From Spirochaetia bacterium (lineage in GTDB: Bacteria; Spirochaetota; Spirochaetia; SZUA-6; Bin103): a stretch of DNA of 64,000 nt. A program made the translations under genes and the position numbers. Positions 34,045 through 45,149 of this stretch are shown piece after piece; within the stretch, counting starts at the first letter, position 1; the number at the start of each line of letters is the position of its first letter. Where the stretch lies: the NCBI GenBank assembly GCA_965208575.1, contig CBDBOV010000003.1:1-64000 (forward strand), given 5' to 3'. Under the pieces are notes generated by a model. The model made no database searches and was not told the DNA's origin. It worked only from the letters and a program-made list of their open reading frames with translations.

Positions 34045-35216
34045 ATTTGATCTACATCTCAAATACAAGGATGCCGTCCGAGCGAGCAAACACCCTTCAG
34101 TCCATGAATATGTGTGAGGCATTGGGGCGGATCGTTCCAGGTTTGGTGTTTCTGCTTCCACGTAGACGTAACACACGCGCGTTGGAGCGGGTGGTAGATC
34201 CATACCGCTACTATGGCGTGCAACGGACTTTTGTGCTGCGACGGCTTCCGTGCTGGGACTCTCGCTGGTTGTATCGACGAAGCCAGCGTGTGTGGTTCTT
34301 ATTACACTCGGTCACGTTTGGCCTGGCATGCGTGTGGATGCTTTTTGGCTCCGGTCGGGCGGTGTGCGTACTAACCCGCGATACGGTCGGCTTCCGCGTC
34401 TTGGCTCTTGCCAAGCGCTTGGGTCTCCTGCGTTGTCGGCTATTCTACGAAATTCATGACTTCAGGCGACTCATGAGGCTATTTCTTCCGGGAGCGGAGG
34501 GCACAATAGTGACGAACCCATTTCTTGCTAAGCGAGTTCGGAGCGTGTCCGCCGTGAGGGTGTGGATGAGCCCGAACGGAGTGCATTCGAAGAGGTTCGT
34601 GCCGATGGACAAGATCGTGGCGCGACGGGAGATCGGGCTACCCGATTGTGGCAAGGTCGTGATGTATGTGGGGCGGTTCCAAACGCTAGGTTTGGAGAAG
34701 GGGATCGAAGACATGATCGCTGCGTTACCGTTCTGCGCGACGCGGGAGGTCAGCATGATCTTTGTCGGAGGACCACTGCAAGCAGTAGTTTCGTATTTGA
34801 ACCATGCTATATTGGTGGGGCTCGACACGACGCGGCTGATCTTCCACGATTGGCAACCACCGGAGTCGGTCCCGAAGTATCTCGCGGCGTCAGATGTTCT
34901 GGTGATTCCGTACCCGCGGCTCCGCCGATACGATTACGGGATCAGTCCGGTCAAGCTTTTTGAGTACATGGCTAGCGGCAGGCCAACGGTGGCGAGCAAC
35001 TTGGCGTCGATCGGGTTGTACGTGGAACATGGAGTCAACGGCCTTCTGTTCGAACCCGGGGATAGCCGTGATTTAGCGCGGCAGATCGACCACGCTCTGA
35101 GCAGGAGCGGGAGCCAGCTCGCTCACGCGGCGCGCGCACGAGCGCGCGCATACACATGGGATCGTCGGGCTGCGGGGATTGTCTCGTTTATGCTGAGGGG
35201 AGAGAAGACGTCGTGA
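34041..35216 (+). CDS. Glycosyltransferase family 4
   Basis: YVGR..KG, SDVLVIP, SPVKLFEYMASGRP. Confidence 0.9.
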   Translation: MNLIYISNTRMPSERANTLQSMNMCEALGRIVPGLVFLLPRRRNTRALERVVDPYRYYGVQRTFVLRRLPCWDSRWLYRRSQRVWFLLHSVTFGLACVWMLFGSGRAVCVLTRDTVGFRVLALAKRLGLLRCRLFYEIHDFRRLMRLFLPGAEGTIVTNPFLAKRVRSVSAVRVWMSPNGVHSKRFVPMDKIVARREIGLPDCGKVVMYVGRFQTLGLEKGIEDMIAALPFCATREVSMIFVGGPLQAVVSYLNHAILVGLDTTRLIFHDWQPPESVPKYLAASDVLVIPYPRLRRYDYGISPVKLFEYMASGRPTVASNLASIGLYVEHGVNGLLFEPGDSRDLARQIDHALSRSGSQLAHAARARARAYTWDRRAAGIVSFMLRGEKTS

Positions 35217-36532
35217 TTACCCTACGGGCGCTGCGCGATCGGTCGTCGAGCATCGGTGTCGTCGGGCTCGGCTACGCGGGAACGCCGTTGTTAATGGCGC
35301 TACAAGACTGTTTTTCCGTGTACGGATATGACAGTGACGAGGAGCGAATTCAGGAGTTGCGCACGGGCGCGGATCACACGGGGTCCACATCAGCAAGGGA
35401 GCTTGAAGCTTCAAGCGCATGCCTCTCATCGGACCCCACGGTCCTGAGACAGTGCGGTATGGTAATAGTCACCGTACCTACACCGCTCGCACTCGATCAC
35501 CGTACACCAGACCTTGGACCGCTAGAGAGCGCTTCTTCCGCCATAGGAAGGAATCTCAGCCTAGGAGCACTTATCGTTGTGGAGTCGACGGTCTATCCGG
35601 GTGTGACACAAGGGGTCGTCGGTCAAATCATCGCGCGTGAGAGCGGGTTGGAACCGGGTGCAGGTTTCCACCTGGGTTACTCCCCGGAGCGTATCAACCC
35701 GGGCGACAAGCTCCATACGCTGAACCAGATTACCAAGGTTGTGGCTGGTGAGGACAACGCCGTTACCGAGCTGATGAGCGCCGTCTACGGGGCCGTGAAC
35801 GGTGGTCAAGTTTACCAGGCGGCCAGTATCCGAACGGCCGAGGCCGCGAAGGTTTTTGAGAACGTGCAGCGGGACGTCAACATTGCACTCATGAATGAGT
35901 TGGCCATGATATGTCATCGACTTGGAGTCGATACGAGAGAAGTAATTCGGACCGCGGGGACGAAGTGGAACTTTGTCCCGTTTGAGCCGGGACTCGTTGG
36001 CGGTCATTGCATTGGCGTTGACTCCTACTACCTCACACATGCCGCCGAGGCGGCAGGATACTCGCCGCGCATGATTTCCACAGGCAGATCGATTAACGAC
36101 TCGGTGAGCGGCTATGTGGCGGACCGAACCGTTGCGCTGATCAGGTCCGTCCGCAGTGGCCAGGTACCGATCAGAGTACTGGTATTGGGTTTTGCATTCA
36201 AGGAGAATGTCCCGGACGTGCGCAACAGTCGGGTAGCGGACCTCGTTGTTGCGCTGCAAGAACGAAAGATCGAGTGTTCTGTATTCGATCCTGTAGTCGA
36301 CCCGGACGAAGCCCGTAGACAGTGTGGCGTTGACCTTGTCGACAGAGTCGATTTCGGAGCACCGTATGACGCGATTGTCTTGGCGGTGAAGCATGACCTC
36401 TTTCTCTCGACCTATTCCCTTTCGAGAGTACGAGAGTTGGCGGTTGCATCGGGTGCTGTTCTGGTTGACATAAAGTCCGTATATGATCGTCAGGCGGCGC
36501 AGGCCGCCGGCTTCGTCTATTGGCGCTTGTAG
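35213..36532 (+). CDS. Nucleotide-sugar dehydrogenase, TviB/WbpO-like (UDP-HexNAc C6 dehydrogenase)
   Basis: VVGLGY, ESTVYPG, YSPERINPGD, AEAAKV.EN.QRD, KWNF, PGLVGGHCIGVD, FKENVPD.RNS. Confidence 0.9.
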   Translation: MITLRALRDRSSSIGVVGLGYAGTPLLMALQDCFSVYGYDSDEERIQELRTGADHTGSTSARELEASSACLSSDPTVLRQCGMVIVTVPTPLALDHRTPDLGPLESASSAIGRNLSLGALIVVESTVYPGVTQGVVGQIIARESGLEPGAGFHLGYSPERINPGDKLHTLNQITKVVAGEDNAVTELMSAVYGAVNGGQVYQAASIRTAEAAKVFENVQRDVNIALMNELAMICHRLGVDTREVIRTAGTKWNFVPFEPGLVGGHCIGVDSYYLTHAAEAAGYSPRMISTGRSINDSVSGYVADRTVALIRSVRSGQVPIRVLVLGFAFKENVPDVRNSRVADLVVALQERKIECSVFDPVVDPDEARRQCGVDLVDRVDFGAPYDAIVLAVKHDLFLSTYSLSRVRELAVASGAVLVDIKSVYDRQAAQAAGFVYWRL

Positions 36533-36540
36533 CTCCGTCG

Positions 36541-37626
36541 ATGCGAGTATGTTATTTCGGAAGCTACGATTCGGAGTATGCGCGCAACGCGATCATTCGC
36601 CGCGGATTGGACATGGCCGGAGTCCAGGTCTACGAGTGTCGAGCGGATCTCGGCCTTTCGAAGGGACAGCGCTATCGTGAACTATGGCGACTGCAAAGTG
36701 GGCTTCCTGGATCGTTGGACGCCATTGTAGTGGCTGAGGTCAATCAGTATCAGATGCCTCTTGCGCGGTACGCCGCACGTCGGCTCGGTGCTCGTCTAGT
36801 CTTTGATCCATTCATATCGCTCTATGATACTGCCGTTCAAGATCGAGCACTTGTGAGTTCTCGTTCAATTAGAGCGGGGGTATATCGTGTGGCCGATCGG
36901 GTGGCCGTGAACTTGGCAGATGCGGTGTTCGCGGATACCGAGGAGCATCTCAAGTTCTTTCGCGGGTTTGTTCGGCTTCGGAAGCCGGGCTTCGTCGTTC
37001 CTATCGGTGCGAACGAGGCTGTTTTTGACGCAAATAGATTCCTTGGTACGGGTGTTAGTACCGACAAGTTTAGCGTGCTATTCTGGGGAAAGTTTATCCC
37101 GTTGCAAGGCGTAGATACCATTCTGAGAGCGGCGAAGTTGCTGGAGCGGGAGACTGGGCTTACCATAACGCTTATCGGGAGCGGCCAGATGCTATCAAGC
37201 GCGAAGGACTTGGCGCGTCGGCTAGAGTTGGCGAATGTTCAGTTTCCGGGATTCGTACCACTCACCGAGCTTCCGGTGCGAATCGCGTCCGCGGACGCGT
37301 GCCTGGGCATATTCGGGACGACGGAAAAGGCGCTTCGGGTGGTTCCGAATAAGGTCTACGAGGGCCTGGCGATGCGGAAGCCAGTGATTACCGGCGCGTC
37401 ACCGGCCATTGAGGAGGAGTTGGAGCCAGGGCTTCATATTCTGACCGTGCCGATGGGAGACGCTGAGGCGATTGCAGAAGCCATCATGCGGATCAGGCGA
37501 GATCGAGTTTTCGCGCAACGGCTGGCGGCAGAAGGGTATGAGATTTTCCGTACCACATTCACGGCAGCACATATCGGGCGGCGGGCCAAAAATGCCCTGG
37601 AGCAGGCGATTGATACGCGCCCGTAG
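36541..37626 (+). CDS. Glycosyltransferase family 4
   Basis: FWGKFIPLQG, CLGIFGTTEKA.RVVPNKVYEGLAM. Confidence 0.88.
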   Translation: MRVCYFGSYDSEYARNAIIRRGLDMAGVQVYECRADLGLSKGQRYRELWRLQSGLPGSLDAIVVAEVNQYQMPLARYAARRLGARLVFDPFISLYDTAVQDRALVSSRSIRAGVYRVADRVAVNLADAVFADTEEHLKFFRGFVRLRKPGFVVPIGANEAVFDANRFLGTGVSTDKFSVLFWGKFIPLQGVDTILRAAKLLERETGLTITLIGSGQMLSSAKDLARRLELANVQFPGFVPLTELPVRIASADACLGIFGTTEKALRVVPNKVYEGLAMRKPVITGASPAIEEELEPGLHILTVPMGDAEAIAEAIMRIRRDRVFAQRLAAEGYEIFRTTFTAAHIGRRAKNALEQAIDTRP

Positions 37627-38833
37627 TAGCGGCCGAGCATCGGGGGCGTTACGAGTCTTGTCGCTGGGGTATACGCGCGACCTCTGGGATGGTGCTCGGC
37701 GTTCGTTCGGAGACACCCGGGCGAGGCTGATGAGATATGCGGACGCAGTTGAGGAATACCACGTGGTGGCACACTCGCTGATCCGGCACAGGCTGGAACG
37801 AAAGATCAGACTGGCGGGTGGGTTTTGGGCCTATGCGACTGGCGGCCGGGGGCGAGTGCACTCATGGCTCGTGATGATCACAATCGGTGTTCGCATTGCG
37901 CGCCAGCGCTCGATTCACGTCATTCAGAGTCAGGACCCACTCGTGACTGGTAGCGCTGCACTTGTGGTGAAGCTGTTGACGGGCCGGCCCTATAACGTGT
38001 GTGTGTACGGCCCCAACCCGTTCGATCGACACTGGCGCCGATCTCATCGTCTACACGGGCTTGTTGCGCCACTGATGGGCTGGGTCCTGAGACAGGCCGA
38101 TGGGATTCAGGTTGACGGAGATCGTACCGCACGCTCCATCCGGCGGCGATTACCCGGCGTCCCACTCGTGGTGAAGCCCATGGTCCCCCTGAACATTGCT
38201 CGCTTTCTGGAAGCGGACTCAGTTGCGGCGTTGCGAAGGCGGCTGAGTGCGAACGGACGTTATACGTTCGTCGGCGTGTTTGTCGGACGCGTGGTCGCCC
38301 AGAAAAACATTGGCTTGCTACTAGCCGCGGCGGCGATCGTGAGGGCGACTCGATCCGACATCGTCTTCTGGGTGATCGGCGCCGGCAGCGCGCTACCTGG
38401 ATTACGGCGGGTGGCGGCGCGGAGGCAACTAGCGGATACTGTCCACTGGCATCCACCGGTCTCGCACCACGAGGTGCCTGCAATCATGGCCAGTGCCGAT
38501 TTCGTGGTTCTCACATCGGACTATGAGGGTATGCCGCGTGCCGTGATTGAGGCGGCCGCGACGGGTACCAAGATCGTAATGACTCACGTGAGCGGCAGCG
38601 ACGAAGTGGTTGTACCCGGCGAGACAGGTTGGGTTGTTCCGGTAGGCGATGCCTGCGGCATTGCCCGGGCAGTGGCCGACGCAACTGCAGATGGCGGAAG
38701 GACACCTGACGCGGCGGCCCGTGCGCGCACGCAAGCACGCGATTTCGTGGCCCGCCACGCCGACCCGTTGCGCCAGATTCGCTGGTGGGAAACGATTGTG
38801 GAGAGTCATCGGAATAGCCAAAGCGTTACCTGA
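37610..38833 (+). CDS. Glycosyltransferase family 4
   Basis: FVGRVVAQKN, TSDYEGMPRAVIEAAA; start uncertain. Confidence 0.85.
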   Translation: MIRARSSGRASGALRVLSLGYTRDLWDGARRSFGDTRARLMRYADAVEEYHVVAHSLIRHRLERKIRLAGGFWAYATGGRGRVHSWLVMITIGVRIARQRSIHVIQSQDPLVTGSAALVVKLLTGRPYNVCVYGPNPFDRHWRRSHRLHGLVAPLMGWVLRQADGIQVDGDRTARSIRRRLPGVPLVVKPMVPLNIARFLEADSVAALRRRLSANGRYTFVGVFVGRVVAQKNIGLLLAAAAIVRATRSDIVFWVIGAGSALPGLRRVAARRQLADTVHWHPPVSHHEVPAIMASADFVVLTSDYEGMPRAVIEAAATGTKIVMTHVSGSDEVVVPGETGWVVPVGDACGIARAVADATADGGRTPDAAARARTQARDFVARHADPLRQIRWWETIVESHRNSQSVT

Positions 38834-38848
38834 ACGACACCTCGTTCG

Positions 38849-39847
38849 TCACTGTTGCCACGATGACGGCAGATTCCTGGGAATCTCTATGTCGTCGAAC
38901 GGCGCGCTACTCCTGGAACCCGCACGGCGTACCCAGTTCGCCATGCGCTGCAGGCCCTCGTCCAACGGTGTTTGCCTGCCGCGACCGAACACATCATTCA
39001 ACTCCGTATGGTCGCAGTACGCGTTCTTTACCTCGTTTCGCTCGGGCAAATGAACCACCGGGTGCTGTGGCGAATCCATGGCGCAAGCGACCGCTTGTGC
39101 GAGATGATTCACTGTATACGGCATATCGGCTCCGACGTTAAACACTCTCCCACGGGCACGACCGACCTCTACCGACCGCACTATAGGATCAACGATGTCA
39201 CCAATGTAGCTGAATGCCCGTTGTTGTTGCCCGTCCCCGAAGATCGTCATCGGTTGGGATTGCAGAATCTGATTCATGAAGATCCCGACGACATTGCGGT
39301 AGCGATCGCCAATGTTCTGAAATTCGCCGTACACGTTGTGGGGTCGGAAGATCACGTAGTCTATCCCGAACATCTCATGTGCGCACGAAAGATCGAGTTC
39401 CACGGCATACTTTGCTACACCGTAAGGGTCTTCGGGCTTTGGTGCCATTTCCTCTCGAAGAGGTACTTGACCGGCACCGTAGACGGCAATTGAACTAGCA
39501 AAAACAAAACACTCGCATTCGGTCATTACCGCTTCATTGATGAGGTTGATGCTGCCCAGCAGATTATTCTGGTAATTGAAACGCCGGATGAAGTGACTGA
39601 GCCCCTCTGCCGCATAGGCGGCGAGATGATAGACGTACTTGAATCTGTGCTTTGCAAACAGCTCCTGTACGGCTCGGCGGTCGACAACGCTTGCCTCAAC
39701 GAAGGTAACAGACTCGGGAAGATTTTCGCGGAACCCTCCCGACAGATCGTCTACCGCTACCACATCGTGCTCACCTCGCTGGATGAGAGCGTGAGTGACG
39801 TGGGCGCCAATGAAGCCGGCAGCTCCAGTTACCAGCACACTACTCAT
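38849..39847 (-). CDS. NAD-dependent epimerase/dehydratase (extended SDR)
   Basis: VTGAAGFIG, HLAAYAAEGLS, YGVAK, HNVYG. Confidence 0.9.
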   Translation of the reverse strand: MSSVLVTGAAGFIGAHVTHALIQRGEHDVVAVDDLSGGFRENLPESVTFVEASVVDRRAVQELFAKHRFKYVYHLAAYAAEGLSHFIRRFNYQNNLLGSINLINEAVMTECECFVFASSIAVYGAGQVPLREEMAPKPEDPYGVAKYAVELDLSCAHEMFGIDYVIFRPHNVYGEFQNIGDRYRNVVGIFMNQILQSQPMTIFGDGQQQRAFSYIGDIVDPIVRSVEVGRARGRVFNVGADMPYTVNHLAQAVACAMDSPQHPVVHLPERNEVKNAYCDHTELNDVFGRGRQTPLDEGLQRMANWVRRAGSRSSAPFDDIEIPRNLPSSWQQ

Positions 39848-39954
39848 AAAACCGTCCTCGTTCCACTGAACATTACAATTCGTTGTTGTACATATGCCGT
39901 CGTTGGGCGATACTTGTCAAGACAGTCAGCGCTGCAATCACTCCGTGGCGCACC

Positions 39955-40711
39955 TATCAAATTCAGGAGGATCCATCTCGGTGCTCGACGCGTTGCTTCA
40001 GTCAGGACTCATTGGCATCACACGTCTGGTGGTCGCCAGCAGCTTGGTCTACAGTGCTGCAACATGATGCCGGCGCCGGCGACGCACCAGTGCGATCCCC
40101 GGTCTCCCGACACCCCTTGCCAGAGTCATCAGGGAGCAGTGGTGCGTTCTGTTCCACCGGCTATATGGACTCGACGTAGTCCCGTTGTGGTACTTCATCG
40201 TTTTCGGTCCGGGTTTGCTGATAGGTGATGCTTATTCGACCGTCGAGCTGCGGCGGGTCGCTGCTCGGCGATGCGTTGCGCACGGTGCACGACGACGTGT
40301 TCGACGTTGTGACGTTGTGAGTGCATGGCTCTTTCACTTGTTCGTTGACGGCTCCTACAGGCCTATTAGGGGGGGGGGATGGTAACCACTCGCGTGATTC
40401 TTGTTACGTGGACAACGTGGCACGGGCCAACGTCGCCGCGATACCGCGACGGCGAGGCTTCGCTACCGATGTGTTCAACGTGGCTCAAGGCAGCGCTCAC
40501 ACGTTGCCGCATGTCAAGGAGGTCTTGGAGCGGATCGCGGGCCGGTGTCTTTGACTTGAAGCGGCGCCGACCGCGCCGCGGCGATCTGTCCTACGCATTG
40601 GCCAACACTACGCGGGCTCAGTTCGAGTTGAGATTCGACGCGTCGAACGGTTTTCGCGCGCCGCTCTCTCATTCGACGGCCTGGATCCGGGACTTAGGCG
40701 CCAACTCATGA
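39955..40711 (+). pseudogene. Decayed WbpP/TviC-like nucleotide-sugar 4-epimerase
   Basis: Frame-broken pieces RLVVASSLVYS; LFHRLYGLDVVPLWYFIVFGP; GDGNHSRDSCYVDNVARAN..VFNVA; RRGDL..ALAN; contains G10 at 40369-40378. Confidence 0.65.
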
Positions 40712-41796
40712 GGCTGTTGGTATTCAACTTGGCGACCGATGAAGACGACCCGATTCTTGGCTTCGCTACCGACTGGATACGTGCGTTGGCAGTTCACTGC
40801 GAATCACTCCACGTGGTCACGATGCGGCGCGGCCGTGTTGCCTTGCCGAGTAACGTGAGCATCTTCTCGGTCGGCAAAGAGCGTGGATTCAGCGAGATCC
40901 GACGAGGGATTCGATTCTACCGTCATCTTGGACGCCTGCTCCTCACGCGGTCGTTCGACGGGTGTTTCGCCCACATGATGCCATTGTTCGCCCTCATGGG
41001 CGCACCGCTTCTTCGGTTGCGGGGCGTGCGTACGATCTTGTGGTATGCGCACAGCGCTGTCACTCCGACACTGAAGGCGGCAGCGCGTGTCGTCGAGTGC
41101 ATCATTACTGCGTCACCGGAAAGCTGTCGGTTGCATAGCCCGAAGGTCAAGGTCACTGGACACGGGATTGACTCCGTTTTGTTCGTGCCACCTCCGGTAG
41201 ACAACCGCTGGCCTCCTAGCGAATTACGTCTCGTACACGTAGGCCGCATCGCACCGATCAAACGTCTCGAGATACTGATTTCCGCGGCCCGGAAGTTGAG
41301 GACGTGTACAGGGAAATTACGCCTTGATCTAGTTGGTCCTGTTGGTGATGAACGATATGCCCGCATGCTACGTGAAACAGTCGAACGAGATGGGTTGGCG
41401 CGCGTTGTGCACTTTGCCGGTCCGCTGGAACGACACAAACTGACGGCGATCTATGGTCAGGCTCATTTCATGTTGAATGCTTCGGCAACCGGCAGTCTTG
41501 ACAAGGCAGTACTGGAAGCGATACTGTGCGGTGCTTTGCCGGTTACTTGTAATGACGCTTTTGCGGGGTACCTGAGCGCTTTAGATCCGCTCCTTTACGT
41601 TGAACGCGGCTCCGGGGCGGAATTAGCAGAACACATAGCGGCACTCTGTCGACGTGATAGCGAAGAACAACGTCGTCTTGTTCAGCGCTGCCAAGAGTCC
41701 GTCCTAGCGACTCACTCCCTTGATAGACTCACGCATTGCGTAGTGAAGATGTTCAAGAACGTAGCGCGGCGTTCCTCGACACCGAGGCATGTATGA
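40708..41796 (+). CDS. Glycosyltransferase family 4
   Basis: [26 protein letters not shown]. Confidence 0.87.
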   Translation: MRLLVFNLATDEDDPILGFATDWIRALAVHCESLHVVTMRRGRVALPSNVSIFSVGKERGFSEIRRGIRFYRHLGRLLLTRSFDGCFAHMMPLFALMGAPLLRLRGVRTILWYAHSAVTPTLKAAARVVECIITASPESCRLHSPKVKVTGHGIDSVLFVPPPVDNRWPPSELRLVHVGRIAPIKRLEILISAARKLRTCTGKLRLDLVGPVGDERYARMLRETVERDGLARVVHFAGPLERHKLTAIYGQAHFMLNASATGSLDKAVLEAILCGALPVTCNDAFAGYLSALDPLLYVERGSGAELAEHIAALCRRDSEEQRRLVQRCQESVLATHSLDRLTHCVVKMFKNVARRSSTPRHV

Positions 41797-42737
41797 GTAA
41801 GCGTATCCTGGTGACCGGTGGAGCCGGCTTTCTGGGCTCTCACCTTTGCGATCGTTTGCTTCGCGATGGGCATGAAGTACTTGCTGTAGATAACTACTTC
41901 ACGGGCCGCAGGCACAATCTTAGTCATCTGGTGGGGAATCCGCGATTCGAAGCGATGCGCCATGACATTTGTTCTCCGCTCTACGTCGAGGTCGACGAGA
42001 TCTACAACCTCGCGTGTCCTGCCAGTCCCGTGCACTACCAATACGATCCGGTGCAGACTACGAAGGTCAGTGTTTTGGGTGCTATCAACATGCTGGGACT
42101 TGCGAAACGGTTGGGTGCACCGATCCTGCAAGCGTCCACCAGCGAAGTATACGGCGATCCGGAGTGGCATCCACAGACCGAGGACTATTGGGGGAATGTC
42201 AACCCGATTGGCCCTCGTGCTTGCTACGATGAAGGCAAGCGTTGTGCGGAGACCCTGTTCTTCGACTATCGCCGTCAACATGATCTTGAGATCAAGGTCA
42301 TACGCATATTCAATACCTACGGGCCACGAATGCGGCATGACGATGGTCGCGTGGTGAGTACATTCATTACGCAGGCATTACGAGGCGAAGACATCACGGT
42401 CTTTGGGGATGGTATGCAGACACGTAGTTTTTGTTACGTAGACGACCTGATCGATGGGATCGTCGCAATGATGGCATCGCGCCCTGGATTCACCGGGCCT
42501 GTGAACCTCGGAAATCCAACTGAGTCTACCATGCGAGATCTAGCCGAATTGGTCGTCAAGCTCACCGCCTCCCGTTCGCGCATAGTATACCGACAGCTTC
42601 CCGAGGACGATCCACGGCGGCGGTGTCCAGCGATTACACTTGCGTGGGACGTGTTGCGTTGGCGTCCGCGGACCAGCCTGCAGGACGGACTCAGGTCCAC
42701 GATTGACTACTTTGGCGCAAAACGCTTTCCGGCGTAG
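41793..42737 (+). CDS. uxs: UDP-glucuronate decarboxylase (UDP-xylose synthase)
   Basis: [52 protein letters not shown]. Confidence 0.93.
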   Translation: MSKRILVTGGAGFLGSHLCDRLLRDGHEVLAVDNYFTGRRHNLSHLVGNPRFEAMRHDICSPLYVEVDEIYNLACPASPVHYQYDPVQTTKVSVLGAINMLGLAKRLGAPILQASTSEVYGDPEWHPQTEDYWGNVNPIGPRACYDEGKRCAETLFFDYRRQHDLEIKVIRIFNTYGPRMRHDDGRVVSTFITQALRGEDITVFGDGMQTRSFCYVDDLIDGIVAMMASRPGFTGPVNLGNPTESTMRDLAELVVKLTASRSRIVYRQLPEDDPRRRCPAITLAWDVLRWRPRTSLQDGLRSTIDYFGAKRFPA

Positions 42738-42859
42738 ACTGCCTCGTACGAGTGTTCTCCGGTGGCGTCGACTTGGTTCGTTTCGAAAGTGGCAGACAGA
42801 GCCGGACGCGTGTCCGTAGTGCCGCACTTGTGATCAGAACTGACTCGCCGATGACAGAG

Positions 42860-43852
42860 CTAAGCGGTCTTCGGCCTGCCTTGGCGGCTACGATGATATG
42901 AGATCGTATCATCAACTATTTCGTTGAGTTTCAGTACCGGCAAGTAATCGACTAAGCGCTGCAACCTGTCAACACAAGGCACGCGCCGCTCTATGTCTTC
43001 GAAATCTCTAGGAAAGGCCACATCGTAAGGAATCAGCCTAATGTCTGATCCACTGCGTGTCTTCTCTCTAATCATCCGAGCCAGCTCGATTATCGAGGTT
43101 TCCTCGATCCCTCCAACGTTTACGACCTGTCCGACTGAGGCGGGTGTGTCTATCAACTTACGCATTGCTGTCACGACATCCCGCACGTGGACAAAGGTAC
43201 GTGTTTGAGTACCGTCTCCGTAAACCGTAATTGGCCGATTCTCCAAAGCCTGCTGCACGAACCGCGGTACGACCATGCCATAGCGCCCGGTCTGCCGCGG
43301 ACCCACCGCGTTGAATAGTCGTACAATGATCACGGGAAGGCCCTTCGTATTGTGGTAAGCGAGAGCAGTGAACTCATTGACGACCTTGGAGGCTGCGTAA
43401 CTCCAGCGAGGCTTCGTAGACGGCCCGTACAAACAGTCGTCTGTTTCCTCCAGTGGAACACGCTTTTGCTTGCCGTAGACTTCAGATGTGGACGCAATCA
43501 GAACCCCTTTGCCAGCCTGACTACAGACATCCAGTAAGGTCTCGGTGCCATATACGTTCGTCAGAATCGAAGACAACGGGTTATCAATGATATATCGTAC
43601 GCCGACGGCGGCCGCCAAGTGAACGACATAATCAGAGCGCCGCACAAGTCTGGAAAGGACGTCCTTATTGAGGACAGAATCAACAGTAACTTCCAATCGC
43701 TGCCTCTCGTAAGTACTCAAATGACCGAGATTGTCTAGCGAACCGGTAGAAAGATCATCAACAATGTCGACCTTTACGCCGTCCCGTAGATAGCTCTCAG
43801 CCAAATGAGAACCAACGAAGCCGGCGCCACCCGTGATCAAAACCCTGTTCAA
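42860..43852 (-). CDS. NAD-dependent epimerase/dehydratase
   Basis: ITGGAGFVGSH, HLAAAVGV, RWSYAASK, RLFNAVGPRQTGRYGMVVP. Confidence 0.9.
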   Translation of the reverse strand: MNRVLITGGAGFVGSHLAESYLRDGVKVDIVDDLSTGSLDNLGHLSTYERQRLEVTVDSVLNKDVLSRLVRRSDYVVHLAAAVGVRYIIDNPLSSILTNVYGTETLLDVCSQAGKGVLIASTSEVYGKQKRVPLEETDDCLYGPSTKPRWSYAASKVVNEFTALAYHNTKGLPVIIVRLFNAVGPRQTGRYGMVVPRFVQQALENRPITVYGDGTQTRTFVHVRDVVTAMRKLIDTPASVGQVVNVGGIEETSIIELARMIREKTRSGSDIRLIPYDVAFPRDFEDIERRVPCVDRLQRLVDYLPVLKLNEIVDDTISYHRSRQGRPKTA

Positions 43853-45003
43853 CTGCTGCTCCTCGCCAACTGATGTACGAGCTCAAAGTATCGCGTTGCC
43901 ACGGATGATACGTCAAGACTCGCGACGCGTCGCTGCGCCTCAGACCGGATACGCTTGTTCATCGTGGAATTCATTATCACTTCCTCGATCTTCACGCTAA
44001 GTGTTCGCGCGTCGTCGATCGGAACAAGAAGTCCGTTCAGTTTGTCACTAATCAGATAAAGCGCGCCATCTGTCTCGGTAGCTACGACGGGTAGACCGAG
44101 TGCCATGGATTCTGCGATGGCAATGCCGAAGGTCTCCCACCGAGACGAGCTGACTACGACGTCCGCCGATGCGATCCAAGCATAGGGATTTGATGAGTAA
44201 CCGACAAAATACACTCGGGAATCCAACCCGGGAAGACTACGCACCAAGCCCTCGAGCGTCCCTCGCTCTTCACCATCTCCGACTATACAGACTTCGAGAT
44301 CGATGCCACGCGATAGAGTCAAAGCCAACGCCCGAATCAATACGTCGGTGCCCTTAGCATAGTGCAACCGACCGACACTCACCAATCGGTAAACGGCACG
44401 CTTTGCAAGAATGCCGAAGGAGATGGCGGATCGTTCTCTGATGAACGCCCGATCGATCGAGTTGGGAATTAAGGTAAATCGGTTGGAGGAGATCCCTAGC
44501 AACTTCATCGTAGTTCTCTGAATCCCGGGCGAAACGGCGACAAAATGCTCTACGGAAATCGAAAACACAACGGAAATCAATTGCCTAACGATACGGCGCA
44601 ACAGTGTCTTGTTAAGATGCTTGTACAAGTCACTTTGAACGCTCCACACCAGAACCGGACGTCGCTTGAGGAAGAATAGAGCAAGCGCGGATAGAAACAC
44701 GGGTAGCCAAAGAAATCCGATTACGACATCGTGTGGATGCTGACCTAGGAAGGTCCGAAGTCGACCGATGGTACGAACCGCCCACCAGACTTTCGAAACT
44801 ACAGTCTGCGGGGCACTATCAGACAGGTAGTGGACGCGCTCCCGGATGTATGGGAGGGGACGCTCGTTTAGCCAGACGCCTTGTCGTTCGAGCAATAGCA
44901 ACGATGAGTCGCGTCCCGCAGTGCACCATTGCTGGAGGATCTGTAGCAACTGCCGTTCGGCTCCACCGCTGTGGAGGTTGGTGTTAAGCAAGATACACTT
45001 CAT
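43849..45003 (-). CDS. Glycosyltransferase family 4
   Basis: GGAERQ, VGRL..AKG, SSRWETFGIAIAESMALG. Confidence 0.9.
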   Translation of the reverse strand: MKCILLNTNLHSGGAERQLLQILQQWCTAGRDSSLLLLERQGVWLNERPLPYIRERVHYLSDSAPQTVVSKVWWAVRTIGRLRTFLGQHPHDVVIGFLWLPVFLSALALFFLKRRPVLVWSVQSDLYKHLNKTLLRRIVRQLISVVFSISVEHFVAVSPGIQRTTMKLLGISSNRFTLIPNSIDRAFIRERSAISFGILAKRAVYRLVSVGRLHYAKGTDVLIRALALTLSRGIDLEVCIVGDGEERGTLEGLVRSLPGLDSRVYFVGYSSNPYAWIASADVVVSSSRWETFGIAIAESMALGLPVVATETDGALYLISDKLNGLLVPIDDARTLSVKIEEVIMNSTMNKRIRSEAQRRVASLDVSSVATRYFELVHQLARSSS

Positions 45004-45149
45004 TGTTGGACAGCGGACGGAATAAGAGTGTTGACTGATAGCATTTCGTCGAGAGCGCAACCGTTGACCCCTGATGCCGAGTCGGTGAACTCGGTGAGAT
45101 CAGGTCGAGCCCAAGTGGAGATTACCGAGATATAGAACAATGTCAAGTG

